Origin: Bugula neritina
Lineage: Eukaryota > Animalia > Bryozoa
Assembly: GCA_964035545.1 (NCBI GenBank)
Contig: OZ037771.1
Coordinates: 15,099,289 to 15,163,288, forward strand
Length of the DNA: 64,000 nucleotides
Direction: 5' to 3'
Part shown: in pieces, positions 25,374-40,044 of the stretch
How the letters are laid out: each line of letters starts with the position of its first letter
Numbering within the stretch: position 1 is the first letter of the stretch
Made by a program: the position numbers and the translations under genes
The notes under the pieces: generated by a model
Seen by the model: the letters and a program-made list of their open reading frames with translations, nothing else
Told to the model about the DNA's origin: nothing
Databases searched by the model: none

Positions 25374-28368
25374 TTAACTTTTTCGACCGAGAAGCATATA
25401 GACTTCCATTTGGTAGGTCAACGGTGCCTCTGGATCGTCTGTACCATATGCCTCCATCATTCTGCAGTAGAACATACGAGAAGTTATCACACCATGCCGT
25501 TATACATAGCTGTTCTACCACAGCCTTCTGTAGACTATTTTCTTTTAACTGAATTTCTATCATTTTTATTGCTGGAATTAAAATTTTAATACCTTCAGTT
25601 CAAAGAAAGAGAATAGTAGGTAACTTTACCTTCTCTCACAGCTTTTCCACCATGTTGTGGTTTCATTGCAGCTGTTTACATAGTTTCGTACAAATGAGGT
25701 GGAGAGACAAAAATTTAAGAAGCCAACAATTGTACTGTCTATAGTCATATATACATTGTCAACTCTACAAAATAAAATAATAATGAATAACAAACATGCT
25801 AAAATGTTTGCGACGTTTTGTAATATCTTTTTCCAATATTTCATCACTTTGAATTATTTTGTATATGAGGCTTCATTTATCAGGTTATTCTATAGTTTTA
25901 ACTTTTCTAATTTAAACATGGCATAAGGTTATTATATAATATAAGTTGTCAGGGATTATGACTTTCTACTCAGTCAAATATTAAGTTGTGCATTTCTCAT
26001 AAGCTATTTTTAGATATTTCTTTAAAGTCTTAATACAGACTGAATTATATGATTTTTGCATTCACTATCAATCTGGAGACTTTTCCAAAAGTTGATTAAG
26101 CTTTAATAGAAAAAAGAGTTTAATAACATTAAGAGAACAGCAAGTCTCTGCATTTATACACACGACCCACAGCACTAGAATTAGGCTAATGAACATCTAA
26201 TCTGGTAATTAGTGTCAGCATAAAACACAACCTCTTTCTGTCGGTATATGGGATCTGTATACTTGGATCTGTGTACTTCTCAATAATCATCATGCTGTAA
26301 TCTGGCCACTCTTGTTCATGCCTCAAATTCACTCTTTCAAGAATCTAAAATTTCATACAAAGTAAATCCAGTTTCATTCTTGCATAATTGTTCCTTTCTT
26401 GCATAATTTTTTTACACTGAGTAACCCTGCAGTTTGACTTTTTTTAGTGGTTCAGTAATTAAGTCACTCGAAGATTCACGTTGTCGTACAAAGCTGTAGG
26501 AATATGTTTCTACAAGCTGGATTTGATGTGGATGTCAAACCTTCACGATAGAAACAAACAAGAAATTCTACATAGTTGACAATGTTGACAGTGTTACTAC
26601 AAAAAATTTAAATAATTGGCCTTAAATAAAATATTACCTACATAAAATTAGGCTGGAATTTTGTCATCAATTTTTATAACTTGAACCAGTCACTACTAGT
26701 CACTACTAGAGTATGAGGTCTTTTCACTACTGGCCATAACTCTTGAGTAAGAGGTCTCTTCACTACTGGCCATAACACTTGAGTAAGAGGTCTCTTCACT
26801 ACTAGCCATAACACTCGAGTAAGAGGTCTTTTCACTAGTCTGCGATTGGATGGTAACACATGTTTATTTTTCTGTTTTAACAGCTGACATGATTTTGATT
26901 TATATGAAGAACAATTAACGACTATATACTAGTTCACAATCATTACAACTGTATGTTAGTAATGAATGTAGACTGCAGCTGCCTCCACTTTATTATTCAC
27001 CAGTCTACCATACCTGCTGTTTTATACTGTCATACAGAATTGATAGTCTGCTGTCACTAGTGTACATTACCTCATTCATGATGTCAGAAAGTTTCTCTGC
27101 ATTTGGATGTCCAACCACTCTGTACTCCTGACAGTTGTATGCATAGGCAGCAATAACTCCTCCAGGAGCCAGAACTCTGTCACATTCTCTGTAGAACTTT
27201 TCATGGTCTAGAAACATTAGACCAGTAGCCACTTGTACTAGAGTAGCAGAACTGTCGCTCAAAGGCAGTGCCTCCCCGCTCGCCACTCTAAAAAAGACTT
27301 AACTCCATGTGTTTTGATTGGCATTTTCAAGTTTTTCAAAAATAAAACGCTGTCAAAGTAATGAGAAAGTACTAGCCAAAATAAATTTTTTATTGAATCT
27401 TTGTAATTGATAGAAGAAATATTTATTATTGCTGAATGTGACGCCATGTGTTTGTTGCCAATACTTATGCATTCACAAAGTTTATAGTTGCTATCTCCAT
27501 GAGAATCCCTGGTGGAAAAAGTTTTTAAAATAAGCTAAGGGTTTATTCATGTATGACACAGTAGCTATCACAATTGAAAGCTCTTCCTAGCATATCAAAG
27601 CCGGTTCTTGAACTGGAACCACTGACCTTGTATTTATTAGGTCGGTGCTCTAAATACTACACCACAGCTGCTCTGTTACCAATTCTGATGGGAATAGATT
27701 ATACCAGACACTATACATAATAAAATTTTCTGTCCTAAGATTTGTTGTTTAGGAACTTTTTTACTTTTGTCTAAACTCTTATAGCAGATATTAGCTAATT
27801 TCACACTCACTTGTACTCAATATTATCAAACTCATTGTGAAGATTTGCTTGTCTAATCTGAGCTTCACTGATGTCTACTCCAAGAACCTTATCAAAGTAT
27901 GGAGAGAGTTGAGAGGTTGATGTCACACCTGGTCCACATCCAACATCTACAGCCAATGGGAACCTTCCTGAGGTGGGCGTGTCTTTCTGCAATAATTCAC
28001 ACATTACTAGTTTTCTTGTATGTCGTCCTACGCAAAATTATCAGTTTGACATATGTAATTTTTCTCAAAGCAGGTGCAAATGTTAATCAGTTATATCATT
28101 CAATCAATTTGGTTTCAATGTCACACTATATAACATTCAATCAAGCAATCAATGATCTAATTTGCTCTAGAATTCGATTATTTGTAAAAAGCCTAAACTG
28201 AGATAAAATTATGTTTACGTATACAAAATAAAATATGAGTTTACTTACTCCTTCTTTGATATAGTCCACTATACTGTTGATGATATGATTGGGATACTTA
28301 GGTCTATCTCTGATATAGTCAGAACAGAGTAAAGAATCCTCGTATTGAAGTGTAGCCGCTAGTGACAT
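25374..28368 (-). CDS. SAM-dependent methyltransferase MT4, 282 aa (recent duplicate of MT2)
   Basis: Exons 28368-28249, 27986-27811, 27287-27071, 26344-26232, 25764-25630, 25461-25374. Most introns align closely with those of MT2. Confidence 0.92.
26700..26840. repeat. 36-bp minisatellite, about 4 copies, in MT4 intron 3
   Basis: Unit cactactggccataacacttgagtaagaggtctctt; about 2 copies at the paralogous site 12317-12382. Confidence 0.85.
27479..27674 (-). mobile_element. Degenerate SINE copy in MT4 intron 2 (inherited through duplication)
   Basis: Same position as, and near-identical to, 13336-13530. Confidence 0.7.
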
Positions 28369-30153
28369 CTCTCTGCCTAATCCAGTGGCAATGAAATTTC
28401 AAACATGTAGATAGTTGCTTATATATCAGAGTGGGTAGCTCATACACAGCTAATTTATGCAACCAATCATACACACAGTTAATTAATGCAGTCAACCACG
28501 CTAGTTTAATGTATTCAACCTTGATATATGCAACTGAAATCTGAAATGTAGCCCTCTATTGTGAGAAAACAAAAGATATTGTGTTAAAATTATATGAATT
28601 ATTTAAAAGACTTGTGTATAGTATACGAAATATTGCATTACTAAAACTGATTTTTTTTTTCCTTGACCATGGTACTGAATAAGTATCAAACCATGTGATA
28701 AGATGATTTAAATCTTACTGCACATCCTACTTATCAGACTTAAGGTTCCTGTTGTTATTTCAATAAATTTCAATCAACAATTTAGCTAGGCTGCAATAAA
28801 CAAAAAGACTTATGTATCTCTAATAGTGAGTTATATATGAGAACTTTGAAGTTTAGAGTAAGATCAAGTGATAAAATGAAAACTAAAAGAATTCATAATT
28901 TTAAAAGAATTTTTTCAAGGTGTTGTTATTTATAAAAAGTTAATTTACATATTGAAAATACATTTTAATCTTCATCCGTCATTGTTTGCTGTAAAATGCA
29001 AAGTTTCAATGACATTTTCAATCTAAGCTGTGTATCCTACAGCAAATTGCTTAAAAAATTGAGAAGTTACACAAATAGATATAATAATTTATAAGAAAAA
29101 AATTAAGATAACATAAAAATGAAAAACTTGGTTGTTTCCAACAAATACCATAATTTTTTTGTATTAAGGCCCTATGTATGTGGGATTTGAAACATATGGG
29201 TGTAGGCTACTTCACGCTGATCATTATATGATCAGCGTGAAGTACACCCATATGTTTCAAATGGCATCAATCTAGAGGTTGTCATCATTGAGTTTTAAGG
29301 ACACATAAATCAGCTTCTATTTAATTATAAATTAGATTTTGACATCTATTGTCAAATCATAAATTATATCTGACAGTTGAAACTACTTTGACTAACACTG
29401 CATGCATATTTTCTTATAAATAGTTGATATGTTATAGGTCATGGGAATTAATTGTTCTATAGAAACATCAGAATAAGACACACTTTGACAACCATATAAT
29501 ATATTTATGTTGGTTAACCTACAATGAGGAGATGATAGATGGTCACTATGTATGACCTTGACACTTTACTGTCTACTTCTGTAGGTGACAGACTTATTAC
29601 TGTCTACTTTGTGTTTGAGTCAACTATAGCCATAGTGTACTTATCAACTTATCAACTACTGAAAGAGTATACTGCAAGATAAAGAAAGCCAGAGGTAAGA
29701 CTATATGTTCAATAAAAAGACGAATACTTTCTGTTTGCTAGACGTTTCGGCTCAAATATTTACCAAGTAAAAATTACTTGCGTTTGAAATAAAATAACAG
29801 CACTTCAAACTCAAATGCTAAGCTTGAACTATGAGCTTAACTGAGCTAGAAAAAGCAACACGTATTTGCAGTCAAATGATTCCTAATTACTATTATTATG
29901 AAGGAGATGGGATAACTCTATCACGAGATAAATGTAGCTTTCTATATAGCTATATTGATCTCAAAATGAGAATTTAATAAAGTGCAAGCTTATTCTTCAA
30001 AACAATCATTAAATATTAAGTAATATTAACTATATATGTCACTATAAATTGAGCTCAAACAAAATAATTGAATTGAGGTCGCATTATTTTCTAAAGCAAT
30101 CATCAAACATTCAATATATCTTTTGCTCTAACTTTCACTAACGTCAGTTATAG

Positions 30154-33100
30154 ATGAGCGATATGCAAGAACTTATCCCGGTCGAGAAGAGATATGAAGA
30201 TGTTAAACTTAGTGCTGAATATGTAGAGTCTAGAATGAAGTACCCCAAGTTTGTGTTTGAGACTGTCTTGGATTACGTAAAAGAGTCGGTAAGCATTCAT
30301 TACAACATGCATTGTTCTGAAGCAACCATAATCTTTCGTGGTAGTTAAAGTATATTTACATGTGATATGTATATTACAGATTAGTCGCATGAACATTGTT
30401 ACTATAATTGACGTGCAGATTGGGACGCCCCCAAAGTACCCTCTGGCTGTGGATGTTGGATGTGGACCAGGATTGATGTCTACAGTTTTCCTAGCTCCAT
30501 ACTTTGATAAAGTACTTGGAGTAGACATCATTGACTCTCAGATAGAGCAGGCAACTCTTAACAACAAACATAGTAATATTGAATACAGGTATAAGAATGA
30601 AAAGGATTGTTGGTTATCGACAGTTTTGTGAAATGAATTTATACCTTCATAAGAGTGTGTTAATGATGATTGTGATTTGTTGAAATTTTTTGCAAGAAAT
30701 ATCTCAATGTTGGATCATATGTTTTTGTTAATGACTGCAGATTGTCAGTAGCTGAGAAGTTACCAGTAGAAGACAAATCTGTAACACTAATACAAGTGGC
30801 TACGGCATTGCACCGGTTTGACCTTGAGAAGTTCTACAGAGAATGTGACAGAGTTCTGGCTCCTGGAGGAGTTATTGCTGCTTTTTGTTACGCATTCAAA
30901 GACTTCCCCATAGTTAATCACCCACGTGGTGATGAAATACACAAAGTTTTGACAAAGGTGAGGCAACTCCAAATTATTTTTACGTGCTTGACAAATAATA
31001 AATGCAAAAGGTGAGGCAACTCCAAGATTTTTCTCTTACCATATTGAGAAATGGGATAAATTTGAAATACTTTCTAGCTATCAATAGCATAACGAAAATA
31101 CTTAAAATTATTTCAATTATTCATTTTTTTGTAATTAGAATTATGCATGGTGAATATGTTTAACATTAAATTAACATTTTATGAACCAACAACGCCATCG
31201 GGAAAAGCTAGACATCAAATAAAAGAAGATATATTCTTTAGTTCTGCAATTGTTACAAAGTAAAAGAGTTTTTAGAGTGGCAGCATTTCTAGTTAAGAGC
31301 AAATGGTATGGTTTTAGATAACAGATAAGTTGGTATCACCTGATATTAACCCTCACTACACGGAGCACTGTATCTGGGTGTTGAATAGATATACATCCCC
31401 CAAAGTGCAAATTCCTTACAAAGACAATAAGAGGTGTTTTATATGGCTGTATAATGTTGTCACTATATAGTAACGGTAACAAGCTAAATTTTAGTAATCT
31501 GTTTTTGAATTTTATTTCGTTATTTTTACATTGAAAAAGCATCATCAAATATTCAGTGTGGTTGTTGATGCTATAAAGAAATATAACTTGTAGAAACAAA
31601 AAAATTATGCTGTATTCTAGACGGCACATGATAAAAATGCTGTACCAATTTTAGTGAATAAGTCATTATATTATATTTTGAACATTCTGCTGCTTGTAGA
31701 GTTGATGGGCAATACATGGAATTTCCAAGCACTATCTCGGGAATTCTAAGATGCTTAATGACGGCTGCATTTATCAGACTTTTTGTGAACAGTTCTGAAG
31801 CAAACCAGTCATGGTGGAAAGACTGCCTTCATAGGTAAGTAACCTTGTAAATTTCGATAAAATGCATTTTCAAATATTAGTAATTTCTTCAAATGTTTTT
31901 TCATAACTTAATTTATTTAACACACAATGAATTTTTTGAATGAAAAGCAATGAATTAATGTTAATAAAGCTATAAAACAATTCAAGTTTTTTTAGTTTTT
32001 GGTTTATTTTATACATTTTTTGTTGAAAAACACGTGCTTCTATACTTTCTATGTATGATAATTTTTCTATTACAGCCTTTAAACCATATTTATATTTGTT
32101 CAAAATGTTTGGTCTGTGTAAATTAGTCTTAACTTCATTCTATAATTTAAAAATAGTACAGCATTGATTCCTTCAAATGAGATACAACTCTACCATTCTT
32201 CCTTTTCTTCTATATTAGCCAAAACATAAGTGGACCATACAAATACATGTTTACAATAGCTTCTCTCTATCTTCAACTAAATATTGATTTCACAATATGA
32301 CAATGACATAGCAATTTAATGATGCCAGGGCTTTCTTTCCTATACAATTTTAATGTCAGCATACGAAAATATGACCCAATATTATATTTTCATTATTTTC
32401 GATCAAATTTTATTAGGGTCATTTTACTTAATTTAGTACACACTAGATATCTTCAGTTTTTGGCTTTTTTTTACAATTTAGCTGATAATGAACATGGTTT
32501 TTTGGCTAAAATTAGTAAAACACCAATAAATACACCTAAATAATCAAAGTTCTTTTTAATTTTGCTTTATTTCCTATGTTTTTTCCTAATTATTCAGTTA
32601 GTTTTGGTTACGGACCGTTACGTTTTTTCGTAACGTCAGCACATATAAAATATTAAGTGCATATGACAATGACCTATGCTTTAATGTTGGGGAATCCCCT
32701 TCCAGCCTTTTCTGTTATGCGTAGTTAAAACCAGCACATAAAAATAGCATGTATATAGTAAATTTCTATTGTTTTTGAGCAAACTTTAATGTTAGGTCAT
32801 AAGTTGCTGGTGTGTACTAAATGAAGTAAACTGACTCATTATCAGGTCAAAATTTGCTATTCAGTGTGTAGTCTGCAGTGTATACTAGATAAAGTTAAAT
32901 GACCACTTTACATATATAAAGAATACTGTTTTTAGGTTGCGAGAAAATGCCAATAAAGCAAATATATATACGCTAACTATAAAAAAAAATTCACACAAGT
33001 GTTGTGAATAATTTTTTTTTCTTCATTGACAAACATTGTTGTCCTAACATGTAAACGATATTAACACAAATGCTAAGTACGTTTTATTATCTTAGGAACA

Positions 33101-33625
33101 GAAAAGTGACCCTAATTCCTTCAGCTTTCATACCATAAAAACTAAATTATCAAATAGTATTACAAAATGAAACAAAACTGAAACAATGCTATAAATTAAA
33201 ACTAAAAAAGCTAGCAGTTGTTACTTTGAGGTTTGTTAACTTTGCTTCTGAAATTCTTTTAAGACATTAGCACTGGTGTATACTTTGTCGTTTTGCAATA
33301 AACGCTGAGCTCTGTATAAATCACATAAACTCTTATGATTGATATTTCCCAATAATAATCCATCAATAATTAGGCAGCTTTTAAAATAAAACAGTAGTAA
33401 GCATAATAAAAAATTGTGTGTAATGCATTTTGTTCAATTTTCTTAACTTATACAGGGTAAATCAAGCTAATTCCATATTTCCTAAACTATGCTTACAAAT
33501 TGCACTAGTATTTGATTGGTTCACTTTTTAGACTGATGGAAGCATATGGCACGGATGACCCCGAGGCACCCTTGACCTATAAACTAGAAGTATTCATGTT
33601 GCTGGGACGTAAACCAATATCATAA
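30154..33625 (+). CDS. SAM-dependent methyltransferase MT5, 288 aa
   Basis: Exons 30154-30288, 30419-30588, 30741-30957, 31318-31433, 31700-31834, 33532-33625. Motifs VDVGCGPG, GVDIIDSQI, ALHRFD, RVLAPGG, MLLGRKP. Confidence 0.9.
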
Positions 33626-34061
33626 CTGTTTCATGTCTTACGTTGTATGCATAAGTAACTGAATTATGCCCCATAGCTGATTTGGTTATATAACATTAGG
33701 TTGTAAGTTATATTATACATATTCTGCTATATGTGTTTATTTCTGTATACGATTTTTATTAATTTTTAACTTCCTTAACCATTTATCATTTATTTTTAGA
33801 AATTTATTAAATAGCAAAGAAGGTGATGACTCTCCTTGCTGTTTATTTAGTGTACCCATGTATAATACATAATACATAATATATAATACATAATACATAA
33901 TACATAATACATAAAACATAATAAATTGATACACCACCTTATTTTAATCACATAATAAAATGCAACTGTATGTAACATGTACTATAATTTATATGCAACT
34001 ACTGTATGTTGATATATAAGAAATGTTCATAATTTTTGAAATATCCAAATTATATTGATTT

Positions 34062-34135
34062 ATTGGTTGATTGATTGGTTGAGTGATTGATTGATTGGTT
34101 GATTGATTGGTTGATTGATTGGTTGATTGGTTGAG

Positions 34136-34168
<33 letters not shown>

Positions 34169-34169
34169 A

Positions 34170-34220
<51 letters not shown>

Positions 34221-34239
34221 TATTTATTTATTTATCTAT

Positions 34240-34314
<75 letters not shown>

Positions 34315-34316
34315 TT
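34062..34316. repeat. Compound (GATT/GGTT)n-(TATT)n tetranucleotide repeat
   Basis: Direct reading. Confidence 0.95.
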
Positions 34317-34651
34317 ACATATATACAGCCATAAAAGCATGTTGCAAAATTCGCTGTAAATATTGGTCATAATAAGTAAATATGAACAAAATTGGAATAG
34401 TTTCTTGAGTCTTAGTTGGGTTCAATAACAATTTTAAATCTTCACATTATTTTGAACTTCTTTTAATCTCGTCAAAGTAAATATTTAGATCAGACTGTTT
34501 GCCAGTGCAGCAGATAATACAAGTGTCATCTGCATATCTAATTACAGTTATATTGCTCAAGCAATACCACTACTGTATATCATCAACTGTCAAAGTTGTT
34601 ATATTAACATGGTTGCTTTTAGGACAATTTCTAGGTCTCTAAGAACATTTA

Positions 34652-35044
34652 AGGCCTGGCCACACACTCGTGTGAATCACACAAAAGTCCTGCGGATATT
34701 TTCATGAGTTATTTTCTCTTTATTGACCAGCCACATGTTTGTTGGGCAAAACACAAGTCCAAGTGAATAGCCCGAGTGAATAGTCTAAGTGAATGGGTCT
34801 TGCGCGAAATAAAAACAGGCAAATATTGCCTGACATGAAAGCATGGTAAAACTAAAATAGTTACTGCTGCTAAACTTCTATCGACCAATCAAGTGGTGTT
34901 TATGGTCAATTGCGCTCTTTTGCTCTTTTATCCATTGTTTTTGGTGGGTGTACCCATCAAACACGATTTCATATGAATTTTGTTTTGTCTTTTCATGTGA
35001 AATGAATGGTTTCATGTAATTCTCACAAGTATGTGGCCAGGCCT
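34652..35044. mobile_element. 393-bp MITE with TTA TSD (PIF/Harbinger-type) between MT5 and MT6
   Basis: tta|aggcctggccacacactcgtg ... cacaagtatgtggccaggcct|tta. Confidence 0.78.
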
Positions 35045-36147
35045 TTAGTTCAGCCTCTGTTTAATCATCTGGCATGCAGAGCTAGCATGGCTGGCACTAC
35101 ATGCATGCCTTGTTTGACCTTCATATATACAAGTCATAATAATGGAATTTTCTTTAAACATCAGAATAACACACATTTGTCACATTTGGACAATCATATA
35201 ATTGATTTATGTTGGCTACCCCTCGATGAAGAGATGATTGATTACATCTCTATTATAGTACATCTGAGCTTAGCACTTTGCAGTCTACTTCTGTATAGGC
35301 AACCGACCTAGTATATCTAGTGTCTGTTTTTAGTCAGTTAGATAGTATATACTATACTATCAACTTATTCACCTGTCTTCTCTTTATTTAAACTTCATCA
35401 AACAGCAAGGGCGGCCTTGAACTTAACCCAGCAGCTTCTCAGTATTTAAAAGATCATATACTTTAGCACAAAGAATAATTAACCAAAGGTAAGTCCATTT
35501 TTTGCAAAAATGATTCACCACCCTAAAAAGGAGATGCCAAGTTTTGCTTTTTTCAACTTGCCTGCTTGTGAAATAAAATACAGCTCTCTGCAGACCTATA
35601 ACATATCAAACTTGTTACTAAACAAGTTATGGCAACTTGTTAGTTGAATAACATCTTTACATCAGAGTGAACACTACAATATACAAGATAAAGAAGAAAA
35701 TTAGAGAGATGAGATGATTCCATGCAAACTATTGCATTATTCTTATGAAAGGGAGTATATATACACACTTTCTGTTTACTAAAATTTTCAGTTCTTGTAG
35801 ATGTTACAGTATGATAAATGAAATCAGGCAAGAACATTTTCAACTCAAATACAAAACTGGAAATTATGAACACGGGTTAAAAAAGGCTACATCTTCACAA
35901 CTGCATGATTCCTATAAATTATTTATGATGATATAAAACCATGCATCAGATGGAATATCTTGCGGTCATAAAATAATTACAGTCAAATTATCTTTAATTT
36001 AGTAGCTTTATATTATCAAAACTATATCAGCTTTCTATATAGTTACATTTGTTTTAAAAAAATTAGTTAGATTTTCTGCTATTCTCTAAAATAGTCATCA
36101 AATGGTGTGCATAACCTTCACCTTTAACCTTCACTCATACGTTTTAG

Positions 36148-39092
36148 ATGAGCAATACACAGATGCGGGTTGAGAAGAGATTATATGAAGATGTTAAACT
36201 TAGTGCTGAATATGCAAAGTCTAGAATAAAGTATCCCAAGTTTGTGTTTGAGACTATCTTGAATTATGTAGAGGAGTCGGTAAGCATTCTACATATTCAT
36301 TTAAATTCCCACAATGATTGCTGAAACCATATATCTTATTCTAGCAAGATCATTATCACTACAGACTATATAGGTATATGAACACTCATATATGATCTGC
36401 CATTACAGCTGGGAAAGTCCCCAAAGTACCCTCTAGCAGTAGATGTTGGGTGTGGTCCGGGATTGATGTCTACAGTGTTTCTAGCTCCATACTTTGATAA
36501 AGTACTTGGAGTAGACATCAGCGAGTCCCAGATAGAGCAGGCAACTCTTAACAACAAACACCAAAATGTTGAATACAGGTATGAGAATGAAAAAATTCTT
36601 ATTTATTGTCGTTTATCAACAGTTATGTCAAATGAATTTATGCCTTCATAATATTGTGCTGGTGGTTTTGATTTGCTGCAAAGAATGTTTCAATGTTGTG
36701 TCATTTCCTTTTTATAACTGCAGATTGTCAGCAGCTGAGAAGTTACCAGTAGAAGACAACTCTGTAACACTAGTACAAGTGGCTACAGCATTACATTGGT
36801 TTGACCTTGAGAAGTTCTATAGAGAATGTGACAGAGTTCTGGCTCCTGGAGGAGTTATTGCTGCTTTTTCTTACGCATTCAAGGACTTCCCCATAGTTAA
36901 TCACCTACGTGGTAATGAAATACACAAAGTTTTGACAAAGGTGAGACAACTCCAAATTATTTTTACCTGCTTGACAAATGATAAATGCAAAATATTCTCT
37001 AGCTAGTAGTGTAATATGCAAATATTTACACAACAATGATAATTAAAATGAACTTCAATTAGCTAGTCTTTTTATAATTAGAGTTATGGGTTGTATTTAT
37101 ATTATAACTTTAAATTAACATTGCAACAACACAAATATGAAAACTTGAGTACCAACTGAAAAGATATTTTTTCTTTTTAAGCAACGGCTATGTAGTATTG
37201 CATTTTATTACATAGTAACATTTTCAGTCACACACAAAAGCTATTCTTTTAGATAACGGATAAGTTGACATCACCTGACATCAACCCTTACTACACGGAG
37301 CACTGTGACTGGGTGCTACATAAATACACTTCCCCTAAGCTACAGATTCCTTACAAAGACACTAAGAGGTGAACGCTCTTTCAGTTTTAATTTGACTCCA
37401 TAATGCTGTCACCATAGTAACGGTAACAAGCTACATCTGAATCATCTGTCCTTAATTTTCATTTTGTTTTACTCCACATTGAAAAGAGATTATCAGATAC
37501 TGAGTGTGGTTGTTGATGCTATAAAGAGATATAGTTTGTAGGGGCACACGGAGTCCTGCTTTATCATCAATAGCATATGTGTGCAAATGCTGTATAAACT
37601 TTAGCGTAAACTAAATCAAATTTGAAAAAATTTACTGCTTGTAGAGTTGATGGGCAATACATGGAATTTCCAAGCACCATCTCGGGAATTCTAAGATGTT
37701 TGATGACAACTGCATTTATCAGACTTTTTGTGAACAGTTCTGAAGAAAACCAGTCATGGTGGAAAGACTGCCATCAAAGGTAATTGGTCTCTTAGATTTT
37801 ATTAAAATAAGAATATGCAACATATTTCTAAAATATCAGTAAATTCTTCGAACATAATTATTAATGGGTCACCTTAGCATATTTGGCAAAATTTGAATAT
37901 CTTTAGTTTATGCATATTTTTTGTAAAAAATGAAGTGCGAATATATTTGTTTTTGACCAAAACTAATGAAGTGCTTAAAGATAAAAGCTTTTTTCCAATT
38001 TTTTGACTTTTTATATAACTTTGCTTAACGCTTAGTTAAAAATAATATGATTATGTGAGGAGATTATAATCATATGTGGTAAATGGTGTTTACTTATTGA
38101 ACAACGCAGCCTGTCTAAGATTTCAAATGTTACTTGATAACTTACAAATAGTAGAACAAATAATATTCTGTCGAATAAATTGCAAACTATAATACCAACT
38201 TGTCTGTTCATAAACCATTCTTTTGTACAAACCATATAAATGCATGTTTACATAATAGCCTTCTCACCTTATAATCTTCTACTGAATATTCATTTTACAA
38301 TCTGACAATGGCACTATAATGTTTTGGCGCAAAACTTCTTTTCTATGTTATATTATTTCAAAAAAGTTTCAAAATTTTTGCCAAAATTACCAGTGTGTGC
38401 TATAATTAAGTAAAATAAATTGATCATTTTACATATAAGGGAATACTAAGCTTTAGGTTGTGAAAACCGATTACACTAAGTATAAATTAACTGTAAAAAA
38501 TAAACATGTGTATATGTGCATATTGCGAATAATTATTTTTATTGACAAACATTTTTGATTTGACCTGTAAACAAGGTAACTGCATATGAGCACCAGCTAC
38601 AAGTATCAAACTTGCCTGGTGCAACTAAATTATTTAAACAAGGAAATGCCTCAGTTTTCAAATATATAAACTATAAAAGAAAACTTATATAAAACTGCTA
38701 GCATTCATTACTTCAAGGTTTGTGTTTTAGCTATATTGACCTGCAAGCCCTGAATAAGAGATTAACACTGGTATATTCATAAATATTTTAGTTGTTTTCT
38801 ATAAAAGTTGAGCTCTGCATACAAAGTCTGTTAATATATATTTCTCCATAAGAAAGGCTCAATAAGTAGTCATCTCAAAGCAGTAAGGCATGAAGAATTG
38901 TGCATTTTGCATGTTCACAACTATGAGTAAGATAAGCTAAACTTCCATATACACTAAAATAAGTTTACAGTAAAATATTTGATTCATTTGCTTTTTAGAC
39001 TAATGGAAGCTTACGGGACGGATGACTCTGAAGCACCCTTGACCTTTAAACTCGAAGTATTCATGCTGCTGGGTCGTAAACCAACATTTTAA
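36148..39092 (+). CDS. SAM-dependent methyltransferase MT6, 287 aa (tandem duplicate of MT5)
   Basis: Exons 36148-36279, 36409-36578, 36724-36940, 37253-37368, 37645-37779, 38999-39092. Motifs VDVGCGPG, GVDISESQI, ALHWFD, RVLAPGG. Confidence 0.92.
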
Positions 39093-39332
39093 CTATTTCA
39101 TTGGTTAGCATGCATGTGTAACTTGGACCACGTACCTAATAGCTATTCTTGTTATATGAAACATTACTTGATATCAAGGAGATCTGTTGTCTGCTACATT
39201 TTGTTTACTTCTGCTCCTTAAATTGATTTGTTTTGCACTTTATAATGCAATTTTTAACAGATATCTTGTTTTGTGTCATTGTGTCTTGTGTCATTATTAC
39301 TTTTTCTTATACCACTGCTGTGGCACCCCTCT

Positions 39333-39363
<31 letters not shown>

Positions 39364-39708
39364 CGCTGCTGCTTATAGCGACTAAAACAAACTTTCATTT
39401 TAAACAAATTTATTTTAATTGCGCAAAACATACCAATTAAAAATTTAATTATTCAATTCCGGATACAATAAAGCTTTATGAGTTTTACAATCAAGAGTTC
39501 TATAGCACATGGTTTTGGTAGTAATTATTATATTATATAAACATACTCATAATAATGTGCAACAATAATACAATATTATATATAGTTTTGTTCGCATTAT
39601 AATACACATATCTATAGCTATATAATAATTATATAAGTTTATACCGAAGTTATGCAACAAGAATACCTTATCATATTAGAATATAGTAGTATTATATTAT
39701 AATATGTA

Positions 39709-39862
<154 letters not shown>

Positions 39863-40044
39863 ATAATATGTTTTATATTATACTGTATACATTGTAGTGT
39901 TATATCATTTTATTATGTTGAATATTATATCATACAAGTGTATGTTACTATTATTAACTGTCAGTTAATATGATCTCTGTTATTGTTTGGCAGCGATTTA
40001 GACTCTCTATAATGACGTTAAATATCAACAAGGTAACTAGATTT

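Larger units (their letters stand above)
23707..28490 (+). repeat. Segmental duplicate of about 7790-14635 (spacer plus MT2)
   Basis: Long colinear matches including introns and intergenic DNA. Confidence 0.93.

Noticed and set aside
26674-26859. ORF with VKRPLT repeats
   Set aside because: Translation of an intronic 36-bp minisatellite.
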